In this document: one piece after another, positions 50,201 through 53,200 of the stretch
Position numbering within the stretch: the first letter of the stretch is position 1
Layout of the letters: every line of letters starts with the position of its first letter
Assembly (NCBI GenBank): GCA_027622665.1
Contig: JAQBYT010000018.1
Coordinates: 1 to 64,000 of the forward strand
DNA: 64,000 nucleotides
Source of the DNA: Verrucomicrobiota bacterium
GTDB lineage: Bacteria > Verrucomicrobiota > Verrucomicrobiia > Opitutales > Seribacteraceae
Direction: 5' to 3'
The notes under the pieces: generated by a model
Told to the model about the DNA's origin: nothing
Database searches by the model: none
Seen by the model: the letters and a program-made list of their open reading frames with translations, nothing else
Program-made: the position numbers and the translations under genes

Positions 50201-53200
50201 AGCATTTGTCCTGACCCAAGTATCGCCCGTAAGCAAAAGAGCTTGTCCAAACTTGCCGTTAGTTTCAAATTGGGGAACATTCCCGTTGTTGCCGGCAAAA
50301 GATCCAGTGAAACGGCCGAAGTAATCATAGGTCGCAAGGCTTGTGGCGTTTTCCTCGAATTGCCACCATGCCTGTAAACGATCAGCTCTAGTTACGGGCA
50401 TGCCGAAAATAACGTCAAAGGACTCCGCTAAGCTTTCAACTCCACCCGAGTCTTTGCCTAGACCCGCCTGCAGGCTGACGTTGAGACGACCATTCGGAAT
50501 TGTGGGGGCTATGGTGAACTGCCAATCACTTCCTGCGCCAGTGTAGTTTCCGTCGTTTGCGTTGTTGACGGAAATGCGGCTCTCATTGAAGTCGTCGATG
50601 GGCCAAGTTTGGCCGTATTTGTGGAATTCCAGGGATATGGGGATTGGAGAATCATGGGTTACCGGCGGGAAGGTCGGGGTCACCGTGAGGACGAGGTCGC
50701 CGTAACCGTTCTCATAGGTGGCGGTTATGTCAGAAGGGGAAAGAGCCGAGGCGTGGATGCGCAGGTCGTCGATCATTCCATCGAAGCGACCTTTGGCAGG
50801 TTCTGTCGGATCGGTGATTGCGAGGCGAAGCACGGCGTCTGCATCCACCACGAGTTTACCTCCGAACTGGCTCCATGAACCTCGAGTTACTCCATCGAGG
50901 TAGAGTTCGAGTTCGTCCTCTCTCGTCGTGTCGTAAGTTAGGGTTAAGTAATGCCACTGGTTGTTAGATACGCCCGCGGGTGTTGCTATTTGCTCGGATT
51001 TCAACTCGGTGGAGAGATAGGTTTCCAAGTTGCCAGCCTCTGTACCGATTTCGATGGATGATTCTGTCGAACCCCTAAGGCTAAACATGACGTTGTTTAT
51101 GTTGTTGGCATTCCAAGAAAAGGAGTCAGTTGCTCGTTTGAACCAGAAAGAAACTGAAAAACTATTTGCAGAAGACAAACCCGGGTCAGTTCCTAATTCA
51201 ACATGATCTCCTTCAGCGTCAAACACCACGGAAGAACCGAATTTACCGAATGGCGACCAGTCGCTTCCGCCTTTAAGTTCTCCCGGGATCACTCCCATCG
51301 CATCCGTGATTGCGGTTCCTTTGGCGTCATCGAACCACCACCACCTTATGAGATCTCCATGTTGCCGCACTGGAGGAGTAAGGAGAATGGAAGTGGCGGT
51401 GGGTAGGGAGGGGTCTCCGTTCCCTGTTGCCGCTCCTGCTGCAAGGGTTAAAGAAACTTTCGTTATGCTTGTAGGAGTAAGTTCGAATGAGTATTGGGAT
51501 CCTGACAGGGTTTGGAAGTTTCCGATGGTCGCCCCCGTAACGGAAATATCTCCTTCCGTGAAACCGGCGACTGTTTCAGCTTCGCCGAAACGAGAGAAGT
51601 TCACTGTAACGGGTATGACCCCGAGATTGGTAATTAGGGGGGCATCAAAATTGGCCATCAACCCCATGTCGCCTTCGCCGCCGTTGTAGATGTTTGCAAT
51701 GTCATCCGACGATAGGGCAGCGGAGTAGATCCTGGTGTCATCCAGGGTTCCCTCTGCGAATATGGATGACCCCATTGAGCCGAAATACCAGTCGGTGAGA
51801 GTGTATTCACCAGCTGCGTCCAAGGTGAAACTCTTGGATCCCGCTAGGGTTCCGTCTACAAATAACTTGACGGCGCCTGCTGTGCGATCGACCACGCTAG
51901 CCAGATGGTGCCATTCGCCTATGGAGATTCCAGAGGAGGACTGCGCTAGTTCAACTGAACCATCACTTAGTACGTGATTCGCTCCAATTCGCCCCTGGAC
52001 CTTGTGGAACAGACCTTTGTCGGCAGAGGTTCCTAGTCGTGCAACCAAGGGGTTCGGTGGTTCCTCTGTTCGAAAAAGATCCATGCTATTGGCTGTGGAA
52101 TTGCGAGGTGCAACCCAAGTCGTGCCGCCCGTGGCATCCCATCCGAAACCAGTTGGCGCATTGGCCCGACCCGCGCCACCACCTCCATTGGACATTCGCA
52201 ATTCGAAGTCAAACCAGCCTCCCGAGCCGAAGTTCGTATTGCCGAAAGTGACATTGTTCCATCCGGCATCATTCAACAATTGCTGACCGTTAACGACAAG
52301 GTAAGCCACGTCGTCGATGTCTTCTTGAAAGGCCATTTCGCCGTCGGCATCGAATATTTGGCCACTGTAGACGACCGTCCAATTGTCTTTCCATGGCGGT
52401 TTCGTTTTGGACTCGGACAGGGAGGGGCCAAGCGGATCGATTCCATTGGTGGCTCCCGAGTTCGCTGTATTCGTATCTAAGTTTCCGGGGTTTGCAGCAT
52501 AGCTCATGTTGCCGTTTAGACCGCCTGCCTTAAGTCCTGCAATATAACTGGGATTGGCCGCGGGTTTAAACCAAGTTGAAATCGTGTAGTCTCCTTCTCC
52601 CAAGTCAAGTGGGGAACCTGAAGCTTCACGATAGATAGAGCTAATGTCGAAATTGGTTAGACCGACCGAATAGATGCGAACGTCGTCTATCAGCCCTTGG
52701 AACGTTTCCCCAATACGGACATCGTCGCCAGATGCGGTATTAACTGGCTCACTAGCTGACCAACTTGAACCATCGAAGACACCATCGACGTACAGCTTGA
52801 CTTGATTAACGTCGGTGGAACTTTCCAATAAGACTGCAGCAACGTGGTGCCAGCGATCATCGGTTACGATGGTGTTCCCAACGATTGCACCACCATTGAC
52901 CTCGACTCGTATGGCTCCGGCTTGGCCGTTATTAATCTGAGTGCGGAAGAACCATTTCTGGGCTGCCGTGTCGGTTCCCCAGTGTAAAACTCGACCATCG
53001 GTATCTGTTGTCTTTATCCAAGCGGATAGGGTTCTTGGATTGGAACCGGTTATACCTTTGTAGCCGGTTATCAAGACCCTGTCGTTACCTGCCTCATTAA
53101 AGCTTATACCATTACCTATCCTGCCACTGGTCCAAGAGGCTCCGTTCTGCAAAGTTCCATTATGGTCATTGCCGGATGAGTCCGAGGCTATGGTTCCGGA